Assembly: GCF_000012285.1 (NCBI RefSeq)
Contig: NC_007181.1
Span: 1,350,001 to 1,382,000 of the forward strand
From: Sulfolobus acidocaldarius DSM 639
GTDB taxonomy: Archaea > Thermoproteota > Thermoprotei_A > Sulfolobales > Sulfolobaceae
Length of the DNA stretch: 32,000 nt
Direction: 5' to 3'
Made by a program: the position numbers and the translations under genes
Notes under the pieces: generated by a model
Seen by the model: only the letters and a program-made list of their open reading frames with translations
Databases searched by the model: none
Told to the model about the DNA's origin: nothing
Shown: piece after piece, positions 1 through 9,576 of the stretch
Layout of the letters: the number at the start of each line of letters is the position of its first letter
Numbering within the stretch: the first letter of the stretch is position 1

Positions 1-440
1 TAATACTAGTTACCACTTCAGATTTCCTAATTGATAAAGTAAGAGAGGAATTAGATAAGGAGGAGTTTACGTATTATATTGTCAAGGTCAAGAGTATAGA
101 TGAAGCGATAGATGTGGCAAACGATATAGCGCCAGAACATTTGTCGTTGTTTGTAAATGATCCTAAATCTTATTTACATAAGATTAAGAATGCTGGTGCA
201 ATAAGTCTAGGTAAAACACCTCCAGCACTGATAGACTATGCAGCTGGTCCTGATCACATACTTCCGACAAATGCTTGGTCCAGGGTAAGAGGAGGTTTAA
301 CTGTTTATGACTTCTTGAAGCCCATTTCCTACGCCAATTCCGTAAATCCTGATAAGGAACTTGTAAATATGGCAAAGTTGATAGCTGAGTACGAGGGTTT
401 CATATATCACTCTAAGAGCATAGGTGCTAGGTATGAGTGA
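1..440 (+). CDS. hisD: Histidinol dehydrogenase, C-terminal fragment (gene starts upstream of the window)
   Basis: Frame 3 is open from base 3 and continuous with tracked ORF 114-440. The translation contains DIAPEHL and DYAAGPDHILPTNAWSRVRGGL, the conserved HisD C-terminal active-site region. It lies directly upstream of hisE-hisH-hisI. Confidence 0.9.
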   Translation, partial: ILVTTSDFLIDKVREELDKEEFTYYIVKVKSIDEAIDVANDIAPEHLSLFVNDPKSYLHKIKNAGAISLGKTPPALIDYAAGPDHILPTNAWSRVRGGLTVYDFLKPISYANSVNPDKELVNMAKLIAEYEGFIYHSKSIGARYE

Positions 441-720
441 TAATGTCATAGATAAATTATATTCCATAATACTGGATCGTATGAAGACCATGAAGGAAGG
501 TAGCTATACTGTTGAGCTAATTAAGAGGGGAAAGCATTATGTTGCCCAGAAAGTTGGAGAGGAGTCAACTGAGGCAATAATTGCTTCTCTAGTAGAGAGT
601 CAGCAGAGATTTGTTGAAGAGGTCTCAGACTTAATATATCATCTTTTGGTTCTTATGGCTCTAGAGAACGTTACACCCCAAGATGTTTATAAAGAACTGG
701 AAAGAAGGATGAAAAAATGA
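433..720 (+). CDS. hisE: Phosphoribosyl-ATP pyrophosphatase
   Basis: Small all-helical ORF with YTVELIKRGKHYVAQKVGEESTEAIIA...DLIYHLLVLM, typical of HisE (MazG-like). ATG 433 is preceded by AGGTG (422-426), so it is preferred over the tracked GTG 424. It overlaps the hisD stop. Confidence 0.85.
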   Translation: MSDNVIDKLYSIILDRMKTMKEGSYTVELIKRGKHYVAQKVGEESTEAIIASLVESQQRFVEEVSDLIYHLLVLMALENVTPQDVYKELERRMKK

Positions 721-1316
721 GGGCAGTAATAATCGATTATGGAGTTGGGAATTTATTTAGTATATACTCAGGGCTTAGGAGAGTTGGGTTTGAGGTGGAA
801 ATATCTAAAGAACCAAAGGGTAGTGAGGACTTAATTGTATTCCCTGGAGTAGGTTCCTTTAGTGCGGTATCTAAATATCTTGTCGCTAGGAAGGAGAAAT
901 TTGAGGTGCTCAGAAGTAATGGGACAGGGTTTTTGGGTATTTGTCTAGGCATGCAGATAATGTTTGAAGAAGGTACTGAAGGTGGTCTGAACAAAGGTTT
1001 AGGTTGGCTGAAAGGCAGAGTCGATAAGATAAATCATCCAAGAGTTAAGATTCCACATATTGGTTGGGATAAGGTTAATGTGATTAAGTATAATGAGCTG
1101 AGTGAGGGGATTGATGATCAATATGTGTACTATGCTCATAGTTATGTCGCTTATCCTACTGACAAAAGTGTGATTTTAAGTACTACCTCGTATGGTATAG
1201 ACTATCCTGCCGTAGTTAATATCGGGAATATTGTTGGTACACAGTTTCATCCTGAAAAAAGCAGTCTAGTTGGAAGGAAGTTTTTAACGAATGTATACAG
1301 GTGGTTAAGAAAGTGA
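717..1316 (+). CDS. hisH: Imidazole glycerol phosphate synthase, glutamine amidotransferase subunit
   Basis: VIIDYGVGNLFS, nucleophile elbow GICLGMQ, HIGWD and FHPEKS are class-I amidotransferase HisH motifs. ATGA overlap with hisE. Confidence 0.92.
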   Translation: MRAVIIDYGVGNLFSIYSGLRRVGFEVEISKEPKGSEDLIVFPGVGSFSAVSKYLVARKEKFEVLRSNGTGFLGICLGMQIMFEEGTEGGLNKGLGWLKGRVDKINHPRVKIPHIGWDKVNVIKYNELSEGIDDQYVYYAHSYVAYPTDKSVILSTTSYGIDYPAVVNIGNIVGTQFHPEKSSLVGRKFLTNVYRWLRK

Positions 1317-1675
1317 TGAAGTTAAGTGAGGAGCAAGCTAAAAAGATAGTTGATAAACTTTGGTTTAGACATACTGACTCCACAGTAATTGCCGTGCTCC
1401 AAAATGTTAATACCAAGGAAGTTTTGATGGTAGGTAGTATGAACAAGGACGCTGTGATAAAAACTTTGACTACAGGTTATGTGCATTTTTGGTCTATAAG
1501 TAAGAAGAAACTTTGGTTGAAAGGAGAAACTAGTCATAATTATCAAATAGTGGAGGATGTGAAAGTAGATTGTGATGGAGACGCTTTAGTAGTGTTGGTT
1601 AATCCTCAAGGTTCAACATGTCATACAGGAAATAGAAGCTGTTTTTATAGAGATTTATCAGAATTCGGTAGATAG
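1316..1675 (+). CDS. hisI: Phosphoribosyl-AMP cyclohydrolase
   Basis: WLKGETSHNYQ...DCDGDALVVLVNPQGSTCHTGNRSCFY is the HisI metal-binding Cys/Asp signature. The start is ambiguous (GTG 1301, GTG 1313 or ATG 1316). AGGTGG at 1299-1304 favours 1313/1316. TGATG overlap with the hisH stop. Confidence 0.88.
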   Translation: MKLSEEQAKKIVDKLWFRHTDSTVIAVLQNVNTKEVLMVGSMNKDAVIKTLTTGYVHFWSISKKKLWLKGETSHNYQIVEDVKVDCDGDALVVLVNPQGSTCHTGNRSCFYRDLSEFGR

Positions 1676-1713
1676 TAGAAAAGCGTTAATATTTGTTCAT
1701 CATATATTTTTAA

Positions 1714-2130
1714 TTGGTTGAAGATATGAGTTCGATAAATAAAGAGGAATGGAAGGCTAAAATAATGGAGGCATTAACACAAGTTTATGATCCAGAAATT
1801 CCAGTGGATATAGTTAACTTAGGTTTAATTTATGAGTTGAGAATTAATGATGATGGGGAGATTTACATAAGGCTTGGTCTTACAGCTCCTGGTTGCCCAG
1901 TTATCGATGACTTAATTTACACGGTAGAGCAAGTAGTGAAAGAAACCGTGCCTGCAAAGAGCGTTGAAGTCGATATTGACTTTGATACACAGTGGACTCC
2001 ATTTAAGATGACAGCTGAAGGTAGAGAGAGGTTCAAAAAGCTGTACGGTTATGATATTGTAGAGATGTGGATTCAAACTTATGGTTTACCTGACTCTCAA
2101 CAAGAGTCTCAGCAAGAGCGGAATGCATAA
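1714..2130 (+). CDS. DUF59/MIP18-family Fe-S cluster assembly protein (SufT-like)
   Basis: VYDPEIPVDIVNLGLIY...LTAPGCPV is the DUF59 signature. It has a Q/E-rich C-terminal tail. The true start is probably ATG 1726 rather than TTG 1714. Confidence 0.8.
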   Translation: MVEDMSSINKEEWKAKIMEALTQVYDPEIPVDIVNLGLIYELRINDDGEIYIRLGLTAPGCPVIDDLIYTVEQVVKETVPAKSVEVDIDFDTQWTPFKMTAEGRERFKKLYGYDIVEMWIQTYGLPDSQQESQQERNA

Positions 2131-2155
2131 ATCCTTTCTAATCATTTGATTAAAT

Positions 2156-3532
2156 GTGTCTTGGAGTATATTAGAGCTAATAAGAAACAATCCAGAAGTT
2201 TTGAAGGAAAATCTAAAGAGAAGATTTATTGATACATCTACTGTAGATAAGGCAGTAGAACTGGATAAAAAATGGAGACAGACTCTTCAGGAAGTCGAGA
2301 GATTAAGACATGAGCATAATTTAATTAGTTCTCAAATTCCTAAAGCTCCAAAAGAGCAAAAAAGTGAATTAATAAATAAGGCTAAGGAACTACTAAAGAC
2401 CTTAGAGGATAAGGAGAAAGAATTGCAGAAGATAGAAGAGGAAAGGGAGAATTTGTTGTTATCTCTTCCTAATCTTGTACACGATTCCGTTCCAATAGGT
2501 CCAGATGAGAGTTATAGTGTTCCTATAAGATTCTGGGGTAAGTTTAAAGTATACAAGGATGACGTTAATGAATTCCTAAAGCAGACAAACGGGCATAAGG
2601 TTGACTACGAGGTAATAAATTGGAAACCCGTAGGACATGCAGATATGCTGGAGAATGTTTTACGGCTAGGTGATACGAAGAAAGCAGGGGAAGTCGCAGC
2701 GTCGCGTTTCTACTATCTCTTTAACGATATAGTATGGTTAGATCTAGCCTTATTACTTTACGCTATTGATACAATAACTTCAAGGGGGTATACTCTTGTT
2801 TTACCACCTTATATGCTTAGAGGAGAGGTAATTAAGAGTGTTATAGATCTTGATACGTTTAAGGACGCTATATACAAGATTGAGGGAGAGGATCTATATT
2901 TAATAGCTACTGCCGAACACTCCATAGCAGCTCTATACTATAAGGAGGAGATACCAAAGGAGGAATTGCCCCTCAAGTTAGTTGGTGTGAGCCCTGCATT
3001 CAGGAAAGAGGCTGGTGCCGCAAATAAGGATTTAAAAGGTATATTCAGAGTACATCAATTTCATAAGGTTGAGCAATTTATCTTCTCCTCTCCTGAGGAT
3101 AGCTGGAAATATCATGAAGAAATGATTGAAAATGCAGAGGAGATATTCCGAGGTCTTGGTTTACCGTATAGAGTAATAAATATAGCATCTGGTGATTTAG
3201 GTGCTCCTGCGGCTAAAAAATACGATCTTGAGGTGTGGATGCCGGCACAAGCTAAGTTTAGAGAGATGGTCAGTTGTAGTAATTGTCTCGACTGGCAGGC
3301 TTATAGGATGAGAATTAGATATGTGGAAAAGAACAATAAGAAAGGATATCTGCATACTTTAAACAGTACGGCAATAGCTAGCACTAGGGCTATAACAGCT
3401 ATACTTGAGAATTTCCAAAAGGAAGACGGTGTTGTAGAAGTACCAAAAGTTTTGAGGAAATATTTAGAAACGTTTAGTGGTGCTCCAAAGGAATATATAT
3501 ATCCAAAGAAAAAGCCTAATACTACTTCTTAA
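2156..3532 (+). CDS. serS: Seryl-tRNA synthetase
   Basis: 458 aa with an N-terminal coiled-coil arm. Class-II motifs are present: [27 protein letters not shown] and [24 protein letters not shown] start. Confidence 0.95.
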   Translation: MSWSILELIRNNPEVLKENLKRRFIDTSTVDKAVELDKKWRQTLQEVERLRHEHNLISSQIPKAPKEQKSELINKAKELLKTLEDKEKELQKIEEERENLLLSLPNLVHDSVPIGPDESYSVPIRFWGKFKVYKDDVNEFLKQTNGHKVDYEVINWKPVGHADMLENVLRLGDTKKAGEVAASRFYYLFNDIVWLDLALLLYAIDTITSRGYTLVLPPYMLRGEVIKSVIDLDTFKDAIYKIEGEDLYLIATAEHSIAALYYKEEIPKEELPLKLVGVSPAFRKEAGAANKDLKGIFRVHQFHKVEQFIFSSPEDSWKYHEEMIENAEEIFRGLGLPYRVINIASGDLGAPAAKKYDLEVWMPAQAKFREMVSCSNCLDWQAYRMRIRYVEKNNKKGYLHTLNSTAIASTRAITAILENFQKEDGVVEVPKVLRKYLETFSGAPKEYIYPKKKPNTTS

Positions 3533-5039
3533 GGTACTTTCCTAGATTAGCCTCTATTTTTCTCATTTGCCTCTTTGCTATTCTTAAGAATAGCTTAAGA
3601 GCCATCCTCACTGGGTAGTATAATGGTCCCTTCATGTAGAATCTGTTCATAATATCTTCTCCCCAATACACATCATGCCAAAAGACCTTTCTGTATAACT
3701 CTATATGTGCCTCTGTTAGTTTTATTCTAGTAAACCAGTCCTTATTTTTGAAATATCCCATTGGAACGAAGAACATTGGGACAAGTATACTTCTGTATGA
3801 ACGCAAATTATCCACTAACTCTATGGTTTTATAAACATCATCTTCGGTTTCTTCTGGTAAGCCCACTATCATCGTGCCAGCTGGTATAATTCTATTTTCA
3901 TGCATAATTTTGAAAGCCTGTTCAACAGTCTCAGGGTATTCCTCTATTTTGAATGGAGCTGATTTTGCTGGCATTATTTCTTTAGCTAACCTTGATGAAC
4001 CAGTCTCAATCCCGACCTCTACACCTAAATATTTCTGGCTCTCGTTGTCATAAATAATCTCTGACAATTTACTTATAAGACCATACTTCTCTTCTGAATA
4101 TCTTATGGCTGCTAAGCTTGCGTGGCTCCATGCTATGGTTTTATAGTATTTTTTCACCAATTTATGCAATTTAATAAGTGGTTCAGGTCTAGGAAATATT
4201 CCTGTAGCCCCATAGAATAATACGTCATCGCTGTGTATTACTCCATGCCTTACTCCGTTCTTAACATTAACTAGTAATTCTTTTTCTATTTTATCTAAAG
4301 GATAATATCTAGTTGGTCTTAATGTTACTGAGCAGAACCTGCATGATCGTGCACATCCTCTCATTATCTCAATGAGTCCATTGACACTAGCTCCTTTAAT
4401 TTCTGAAATTTCGTCGACTGATGGTGCCTCATCTGCACCAATGTATACATATTTAGGTAATGGTTCATTATCCATTATCATTTGTGCTAGTTTTACGATG
4501 AATCTATCAGCCTCACCATCTACTAATGTGTCTATTTGAACATCTTGTATCATATCTTCTCTCCACAACCACTGCCATACTGAAGGTCCTCCGGCGATAA
4601 TTTTCATTCCTCTTTCTTTTGCTTTCTTTATTTCAGGTCTTCTTATGAGTTCCTGGAAACTCTTGTAATTGATTGGTTCTTTCTTTGTGATCCCCCACCA
4701 TGTAGATGATGGTGGTCCGAATGCAAAATAGTCGTGATGGGAGACCATTAGTGCCTTTGCAGTTTCCAAATATTTATTCAGATGATCAGGATCTATAACT
4801 GCAGCTTTGAACCCTGCATCTATTAATGAAGCCTCTACTTTTCTTAACCCATAGGGTGCCTGGACTGGTCTCCCCAAATCATCTGTTTTCATTTTTGGGC
4901 ATGCTAACCACTTCCATACACTTTCTGGAACACCTACTGCAGGACCAGTGCCTAGGAATCCTAGGAACTCTTTGCCATGATGGTTGGTCATTAGACACCG
5001 ATCAGTGGTCAAAATAAAATCGTACTTCTCTTCGGTCAA
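3522..5039 (-). CDS. grsA: Radical SAM enzyme with an N-terminal B12-binding-like (Rossmann) domain; probable GDGT ring synthase GrsA
   Basis: CxxxCxxC cluster motif [11 protein letters not shown] lies in the middle of a 505-aa protein, with an N-terminal [11 protein letters not shown] Rossmann-like segment. TTG start (5039-5037) is preceded by GGTGA (complement of 5044-5048). The specific GrsA assignment rests on remembered locus order (12 genes upstream of pyrE), not on a search. Confidence 0.65.
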   Translation of the reverse strand: MTEEKYDFILTTDRCLMTNHHGKEFLGFLGTGPAVGVPESVWKWLACPKMKTDDLGRPVQAPYGLRKVEASLIDAGFKAAVIDPDHLNKYLETAKALMVSHHDYFAFGPPSSTWWGITKKEPINYKSFQELIRRPEIKKAKERGMKIIAGGPSVWQWLWREDMIQDVQIDTLVDGEADRFIVKLAQMIMDNEPLPKYVYIGADEAPSVDEISEIKGASVNGLIEIMRGCARSCRFCSVTLRPTRYYPLDKIEKELLVNVKNGVRHGVIHSDDVLFYGATGIFPRPEPLIKLHKLVKKYYKTIAWSHASLAAIRYSEEKYGLISKLSEIIYDNESQKYLGVEVGIETGSSRLAKEIMPAKSAPFKIEEYPETVEQAFKIMHENRIIPAGTMIVGLPEETEDDVYKTIELVDNLRSYRSILVPMFFVPMGYFKNKDWFTRIKLTEAHIELYRKVFWHDVYWGEDIMNRFYMKGPLYYPVRMALKLFLRIAKRQMRKIEANLGKYLKK

Positions 5040-5087
5040 GAAATCACCTTAACTTAATTGTATGTTCTTTTCATTTATAAAGATGAT

Positions 5088-5330
5088 TTAGATAAGGCTT
5101 AATATTTTACCTGTAATTTTTCTTACATCTTGAGGCAAATCTTCTCTCTTTTCTACATTTTTAGCATCGGTTGTATTTTCTTTCCATTCTTCATTATTAA
5201 GTAGCTTTGCACTAGTAAGACTCTGAAATATTATGATTTTTTCTCCCTTTTCATTTCTTGCTTCTTCTATAAGTAACTCTTGTCCTCTTACTTTCATGCT
5301 ATATTTTGATTCAACGTTTGATATTTTCAT
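5088..5330 (-). CDS. Hypothetical small protein (80 aa)
   Basis: ORF with purine-rich coding strand and an ATG start. A TATA-like CTTTTAA sits inside a palindrome about 23 bp upstream. No recognisable motif. Confidence 0.5.
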   Translation of the reverse strand: MKISNVESKYSMKVRGQELLIEEARNEKGEKIIIFQSLTSAKLLNNEEWKENTTDAKNVEKREDLPQDVRKITGKILSLI

Positions 5331-5463
5331 GGCTATTTAGTATGATGGTTAAAAGTAACCATTAAAGCTTTTTGTGGGAATTTACCAAGAAAACGTGTAC
5401 ATTACAAATCGTTCTACAAGAATAATGATAACTGCCTATAAATTTGAGGATTATAAATTAATT

Positions 5464-5763
5464 TTACTCCTCTTCTTGTGATTCTTCTAACTCTTCTCTC
5501 AGTAGATCTAATCCAACTTCCTTATAGTATTCCTCTCTCTCATGGGCTAACTGATCTTCAGATAATTTGATCTCCCCCTTGTCGCTAACTAGAGATGTTG
5601 TGAGTACTTTAGCGGTCTTACCCTTATTCTCTTTTACACTATACTGCTTTTTCTCCTTGTCCGTCATCTCCCTCTCAAACTTACATTTAGTGCACCTTAG
5701 AATATCCTTGTTATCTTTCTTAGCCGGCACCATTAGTCCGCCACATTTAGGACAGAATTGCAT
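5464..5763 (-). CDS. Zinc-ribbon protein resembling the N-terminal ribbon of TFS/RpoM (Rpb9), with an acidic C-terminal tail
   Basis: [13 protein letters not shown]...LRCTKCKFE is a C4 ribbon with the FCPxCGxxM pattern of the TFS/Rpb9 N-domain. There is no second (catalytic) ribbon. The C-terminus is [15 protein letters not shown] lies 7 nt upstream of the ATG. Confidence 0.6.
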   Translation of the reverse strand: MQFCPKCGGLMVPAKKDNKDILRCTKCKFEREMTDKEKKQYSVKENKGKTAKVLTTSLVSDKGEIKLSEDQLAHEREEYYKEVGLDLLREELEESQEEE

Positions 5764-5829
5764 TCAAAAATCACCATATATTGATGTAAAGCCTTAAAGA
5801 TATATATAAGGGTTTTGCTTAATAAAAAC

Positions 5830-6297
5830 TTATATAATTTTTATTCTAGGATCTTCCTTTACCACATTTAATACTATACTGGTGTATGTCCTTTCTATCT
5901 TAGGATTTTTAAGAAGCGACTTAATAAAGGTATCTAGATCTTCTATACTCCTAAATTTAGCAATAAGCATGACATCATATTCACCTACCACATCGTATAC
6001 TGCTACTACGTTATCTAGGTTAGATACCTCTTTTTCGAACTCAAGAATGTGTTTACCATCTACCTTGATCATTAATATGCTTGTGACAGGATAACCTAAC
6101 TTTGAATAATCTATTAGTGCAGTAAATCCTTTGACTACTCCTTCTTGGACTAGCCTCATAAGTCTATTATGTAGTGTTGCAGGGGAAACGTTCATTTCTT
6201 CTGCTAATCTTCTGAGACTTATTCTAGAATCTTTAAGTAATTCTATTAAAAGTTTTTTATCTATTGCGTCTATTTCTATCTTTTTTCTATCTGACAT
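5830..6297 (-). CDS. lrp: Lrp/AsnC-family transcriptional regulator (HTH plus RAM domain)
   Basis: [47 protein letters not shown] (HTH_AsnC) is followed by an ACT-like RAM domain ([16 protein letters not shown]). The position matches the characterised Sa-Lrp by remembered locus order. Confidence 0.9.
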   Translation of the reverse strand: MSDRKKIEIDAIDKKLLIELLKDSRISLRRLAEEMNVSPATLHNRLMRLVQEGVVKGFTALIDYSKLGYPVTSILMIKVDGKHILEFEKEVSNLDNVVAVYDVVGEYDVMLIAKFRSIEDLDTFIKSLLKNPKIERTYTSIVLNVVKEDPRIKII

Positions 6298-6357
6298 ATA
6301 TTTCTACATTATAAATATATGGACCTGTTAAAAAATTTTTATCTTAATAAGGATTCT

Positions 6358-6969
6358 TCATTTAAAGTTTAGTTGTGATATACCGGATAGTATAAGTTGA
6401 ACGCCAAATGCTGCAATTATAATTGCAGTAAATCTTCCTGCCGCAACTGTACCAGTCTGTCCTAGGATTTTCACTAGATAAGGTCCACTCAATAACGAGA
6501 GATAGACTAATAGGGTTACTATTCCACTGCTTATCACTAATTCTAGTGGATTATAATCCACTGATAAACTTATGAGCGCAGTCATAGTACCTGGTCCAAC
6601 TAGTAAGGGAGTAGCTATTGGAGTTACTATTGCCTCTCTGAGACTTCTTATGAATCTTAACTGCTGAAATCCACCCATAGTGTCAATTCCTAGATATACC
6701 AATAGCACTCCTCCTGCAATTTGTAGTGCTTGTGCCGAAAGTCCCAAGAAGTCTAATAAGGGTCTACCAATTAAGGAAAACAATGTCAGTAGAATTAGGA
6801 TTGCGATCGTAATCTTATTTATCATGTAATTCCAAGACACTTTCTCCTGTGAGTCCCTATTTGCTTCTTCATATATTGCTAGTAGAAATGGAAGCACAGA
6901 AAAAGGATCTATAATTGCAAATAGTTTTACAACTATTGTCGCTATGGTTATAGCTAGGTTCTCACTCAT
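6358..6969 (-). CDS. MarC-family (UPF0056) integral membrane protein; last gene (orf4) of the pyrB wing
   Basis: 203 aa with about 6 hydrophobic segments. [16 protein letters not shown] and [11 protein letters not shown] are typical of MarC/UPF0056. 4-nt overlap with the upstream ORF. Confidence 0.8.
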   Translation of the reverse strand: MSENLAITIATIVVKLFAIIDPFSVLPFLLAIYEEANRDSQEKVSWNYMINKITIAILILLTLFSLIGRPLLDFLGLSAQALQIAGGVLLVYLGIDTMGGFQQLRFIRSLREAIVTPIATPLLVGPGTMTALISLSVDYNPLELVISSGIVTLLVYLSLLSGPYLVKILGQTGTVAAGRFTAIIIAAFGVQLILSGISQLNFK

Positions 6970-7274
6970 TCTAATTGAGATAAAAGTTCTCTTAGGATTT
7001 TAATTCTTTGATCCTTATCTTCGGTAAATGTTGCAACCACAAGTTTACTAAGTATTGAATAGATACGGGAAATTTCCCCCTTACATCTTTCAGTATCGTC
7101 CTTTGTTTCATTTATCTTTATTTGTAATTGCTGTAGTGCTGATAAAATTTCGTCAAGCATGTGCTGGTCTATATGTTCTCCATGTTCATCATGATGATGT
7201 TCATCCTCTATTTCTCTTCTTATTGTGTCAAGGTCTTCCTCGCTCTTAGGAATCTTGTTGATTCTCAGTTTCAT
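6966..7274 (-). CDS. Hypothetical protein with a His/acid-rich segment and coiled-coil (orf3 of the pyr operon)
   Basis: 102-aa ORF with [16 protein letters not shown] at residues 23-38. It overlaps the upstream ORF by 29 nt and marC by 4 nt. Purine-rich coding strand. Confidence 0.6.
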   Translation of the reverse strand: MKLRINKIPKSEEDLDTIRREIEDEHHHDEHGEHIDQHMLDEILSALQQLQIKINETKDDTERCKGEISRIYSILSKLVVATFTEDKDQRIKILRELLSQLE

Positions 7275-7557
7275 CTTCTCCCTCTTCAGTATCTACATTT
7301 CTTATATTTTTAGTTTCGCCTTCCTGAATTATCATCTTATCTACTCCCATCCGTAAATAATGCTTGATCACAATACTGATCTTTCCTGCTGCTCTCACAG
7401 GTATACATTCAGTTTCGACTTCGTCGCCAGTAACAAGAGTTGCAACAACCTTAGCCTGTTTTTTAGCCTCATCGCAATACTCAACATTAACTGATTTAAT
7501 CTTGCCCATATACAGCAAAGACTCCATATCTCTGCCTTTCACTCCTATTCTACTCAT
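7246..7557 (-). CDS. Hypothetical protein with an acidic C-terminal tail (orf2 of the pyr operon)
   Basis: 103-aa ORF starting with an ATGA overlap on the pyrD stop. No recognisable motif. C-terminus is [15 protein letters not shown]. Confidence 0.6.
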   Translation of the reverse strand: MSRIGVKGRDMESLLYMGKIKSVNVEYCDEAKKQAKVVATLVTGDEVETECIPVRAAGKISIVIKHYLRMGVDKMIIQEGETKNIRNVDTEEGEDETENQQDS

Positions 7558-8429
7558 CTTTTCACTCCTATTCCTCTTATTTCCTCAACTTTTAATCCTT
7601 TCTCTTCTAAGTAAGTACCTATGCCCTCTCTTATCTCACGTATTACATCAAATCCTTTCTCTACCAGGACTGTACCTAATCCGACCAGTTTAGCACCGAC
7701 AGAGATTAATTCTATTGCATCCCTCCAATCGAAGACTCCTCCCACTCCTATTATTTCAGGCTCATATTCCTTAAACACGTCATGAATAACTCTTACAGCT
7801 AATGCATGTATACATTTTCCAGATATTCCGCCTGTACCATAGCTCAGTATAGGCTTGAAATCTTCAACGTCAATCAGCATTCCTTTAAGTGTATTAATTA
7901 AAGTTAGTCCATCTGCTCCTGCGGAAAGAGCCCTACCGGCTATCTCTACTATATTGTCCCAAGGACCTAACTTCACAAATACTGGTTTTTTCACTATTGA
8001 CTTTACATTCTTAACTATTTCCTCCACATAAGTTAAGTTGGACTCGCCAAAACCCCTTCTATTTGGGCTACTCACATTAAGCTCAATCATAACGGGAATA
8101 TCATTTATTTTAGACACAGCATCAATGTACTCATTTACATTACTACCGCCTATGCTTATTATCAGTTTACACTTTATCTCCCCTAAATCTCTCAGAATTT
8201 GAATCCCAGGATTCCCTAAACCTATGGCGTTAAGATAGCAATTATCACTTATTTTCACAAAAGTAGGTGATCTATGAGGTTCCAATGGTGAATAAGTTAA
8301 GGTCTTACTGGTTATAGCTGAGGGCTCGTACTTTTCACATACATTTTGCATGTATTCTTTTGTTGGTGGTACAATACCTGACGCTATTACTATAGGATCT
8401 TCAAAATTAACTCCTGCTACTTGAATCAA
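7554..8429 (-). CDS. pyrD: Dihydroorotate dehydrogenase catalytic subunit (class 1)
   Basis: [43 protein letters not shown] and IGVGGV are class-1 DHODH TIM-barrel/FMN motifs. Confidence 0.93.
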   Translation of the reverse strand: MIQVAGVNFEDPIVIASGIVPPTKEYMQNVCEKYEPSAITSKTLTYSPLEPHRSPTFVKISDNCYLNAIGLGNPGIQILRDLGEIKCKLIISIGGSNVNEYIDAVSKINDIPVMIELNVSSPNRRGFGESNLTYVEEIVKNVKSIVKKPVFVKLGPWDNIVEIAGRALSAGADGLTLINTLKGMLIDVEDFKPILSYGTGGISGKCIHALAVRVIHDVFKEYEPEIIGVGGVFDWRDAIELISVGAKLVGLGTVLVEKGFDVIREIREGIGTYLEEKGLKVEEIRGIGVKR

Positions 8430-9576
8430 ATATATTCACACCTCTTATAGGATATACATTCTCTCCATCAAATGCCAATTTACCTTCAACTATCACGTTT
8501 GTAACTTTAGCATCTAAACTAAATCCATCCATCGGTGTCTCCGTGACTTTACTGAATTTTGTTGTGTACCTCCAGTTCTCTCTCTTTATTACTGTAAAAT
8601 TAGCCCTATATCCTTCCTTTATCTTTCCAGTGGGTATGTTTAGTATTCTAGAAGGATTACCAGATAATAGTGAAACGGCTCTATCTATACTGATTAAACC
8701 CTTGAACATTAATGAGTATATATATGGTGTGGAGAAAGAGACACCTGCTATCCCTGGTGGACAAAGATCAAAGTTCATTCTCTTCTCCTCTTTTGAATGC
8801 GGCGCATGGTCACTTGCAATACAATCCACCTCAAATAACCCCTTTAAGAATAGTTTAAGCCTTGTAACATAGTCCCTGATAGGTGGGTTAACTTTGCTTA
8901 TACAGTCCCTTTCGCCATCTACAACAAGGTGATGTGCTGTTATATCCGTGGTAAAGCCCATACTTTTAGCCAATTGCAGTGTTTCGAAGTTGGTTATATG
9001 TGTAATATGCATGTTTCCTTTCACTAAATTGATGGCAGCAGTTTCCATCCAATAACTCCTTCTTAGACTCCTTTCGATCTTGGATACAAAGGGCATCTCT
9101 GGGTGTAGTATTTTCAATTTTTTACTTTTTTCTAAAACATACCTTGTTTCTTCCTTTTCCAGGTCTTCGGGATATATTTTGTATCCTGCTATTGGCAATT
9201 TATCTATTTCTTCAACTTCTTTGCTTACACCACTATATATACCGTAGTCAGTTCTTGAATATAATTGAAATTCTCTTAATCTCTCCTTTATTCTCTCAGG
9301 GGTATTAATGTAAGGAACAGTGTTTGGCATATCCACTATAACTCCAACACCACCATAGACTGCTTCACTTGTGGCTGTAGCCACAGTTTCTTTATATGAC
9401 AATTGTGCTCCTCTAACGTGGACATGGAGATCAACTGATGCAGGCAGTATCAATTCTTCATTGGTAAAAGTCATATCAGGCTTGCAGTTTGCCCTAATTT
9501 CCTTTATTGACCTGTCAAAATTTATGCAGATTTCTTTTATTTCTCCTTCATAATACGCTTTCCCTTTTATCCACAA
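8407..9576 (-). CDS. pyrC: Dihydroorotase
   Basis: Amidohydrolase metal motif [10 protein letters not shown], later ITAHHL and ASDHAPH. Located in the pyr operon between the pyrK-like gene and pyrD. Confidence 0.9.
   Translation of the reverse strand: MWIKGKAYYEGEIKEICINFDRSIKEIRANCKPDMTFTNEELILPASVDLHVHVRGAQLSYKETVATATSEAVYGGVGVIVDMPNTVPYINTPERIKERLREFQLYSRTDYGIYSGVSKEVEEIDKLPIAGYKIYPEDLEKEETRYVLEKSKKLKILHPEMPFVSKIERSLRRSYWMETAAINLVKGNMHITHITNFETLQLAKSMGFTTDITAHHLVVDGERDCISKVNPPIRDYVTRLKLFLKGLFEVDCIASDHAPHSKEEKRMNFDLCPPGIAGVSFSTPYIYSLMFKGLISIDRAVSLLSGNPSRILNIPTGKIKEGYRANFTVIKRENWRYTTKFSKVTETPMDGFSLDAKVTNVIVEGKLAFDGENVYPIRGVNIFDSSSRS

Noticed and set aside
1313-1377. GUGAUGA at the hisH/hisI junction with CUGA about 60 nt downstream (C/D-box-like on the plus strand).
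   Set aside because: The internal boxes are missing or mis-spaced (AGCA instead of CUGA after 12 nt, and a 17-nt second spacer). The GTGATG is explained by the overlapping hisH stop and hisI start.
1658-1703. A possible minus-strand C/D-box sRNA. AUGAUGA (complement of 1697-1703) and CUGA (complement of 1658-1661) lie 46 nt apart, spanning the hisI stop and the downstream spacer.
   Set aside because: No recognisable internal D' (CUGA) or C' (UGAUGA) box sits at the required 12-nt guide spacings. There is no terminal stem, and the length is shorter than typical archaeal C/D sRNAs. The C-box-like sequence also overlaps an AT-rich stretch that may belong to the promoter of the downstream DUF59 gene.
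7364-8872. Antisense ORFs 7364-7693 (109 aa) and 8543-8872 (109 aa) opposite orf2/pyrD and pyrC. Similar shadow ORFs occur elsewhere, for example 184-491, 4826-5017, 5567-5797, 11910-12191, 17126-17887, 20294-20554, 22771-23061, 24704-25006 and 28201-28509.
   Set aside because: All are nested in or opposite longer ORFs with clear enzyme motifs. They have no start-site context and their translations are low-complexity.
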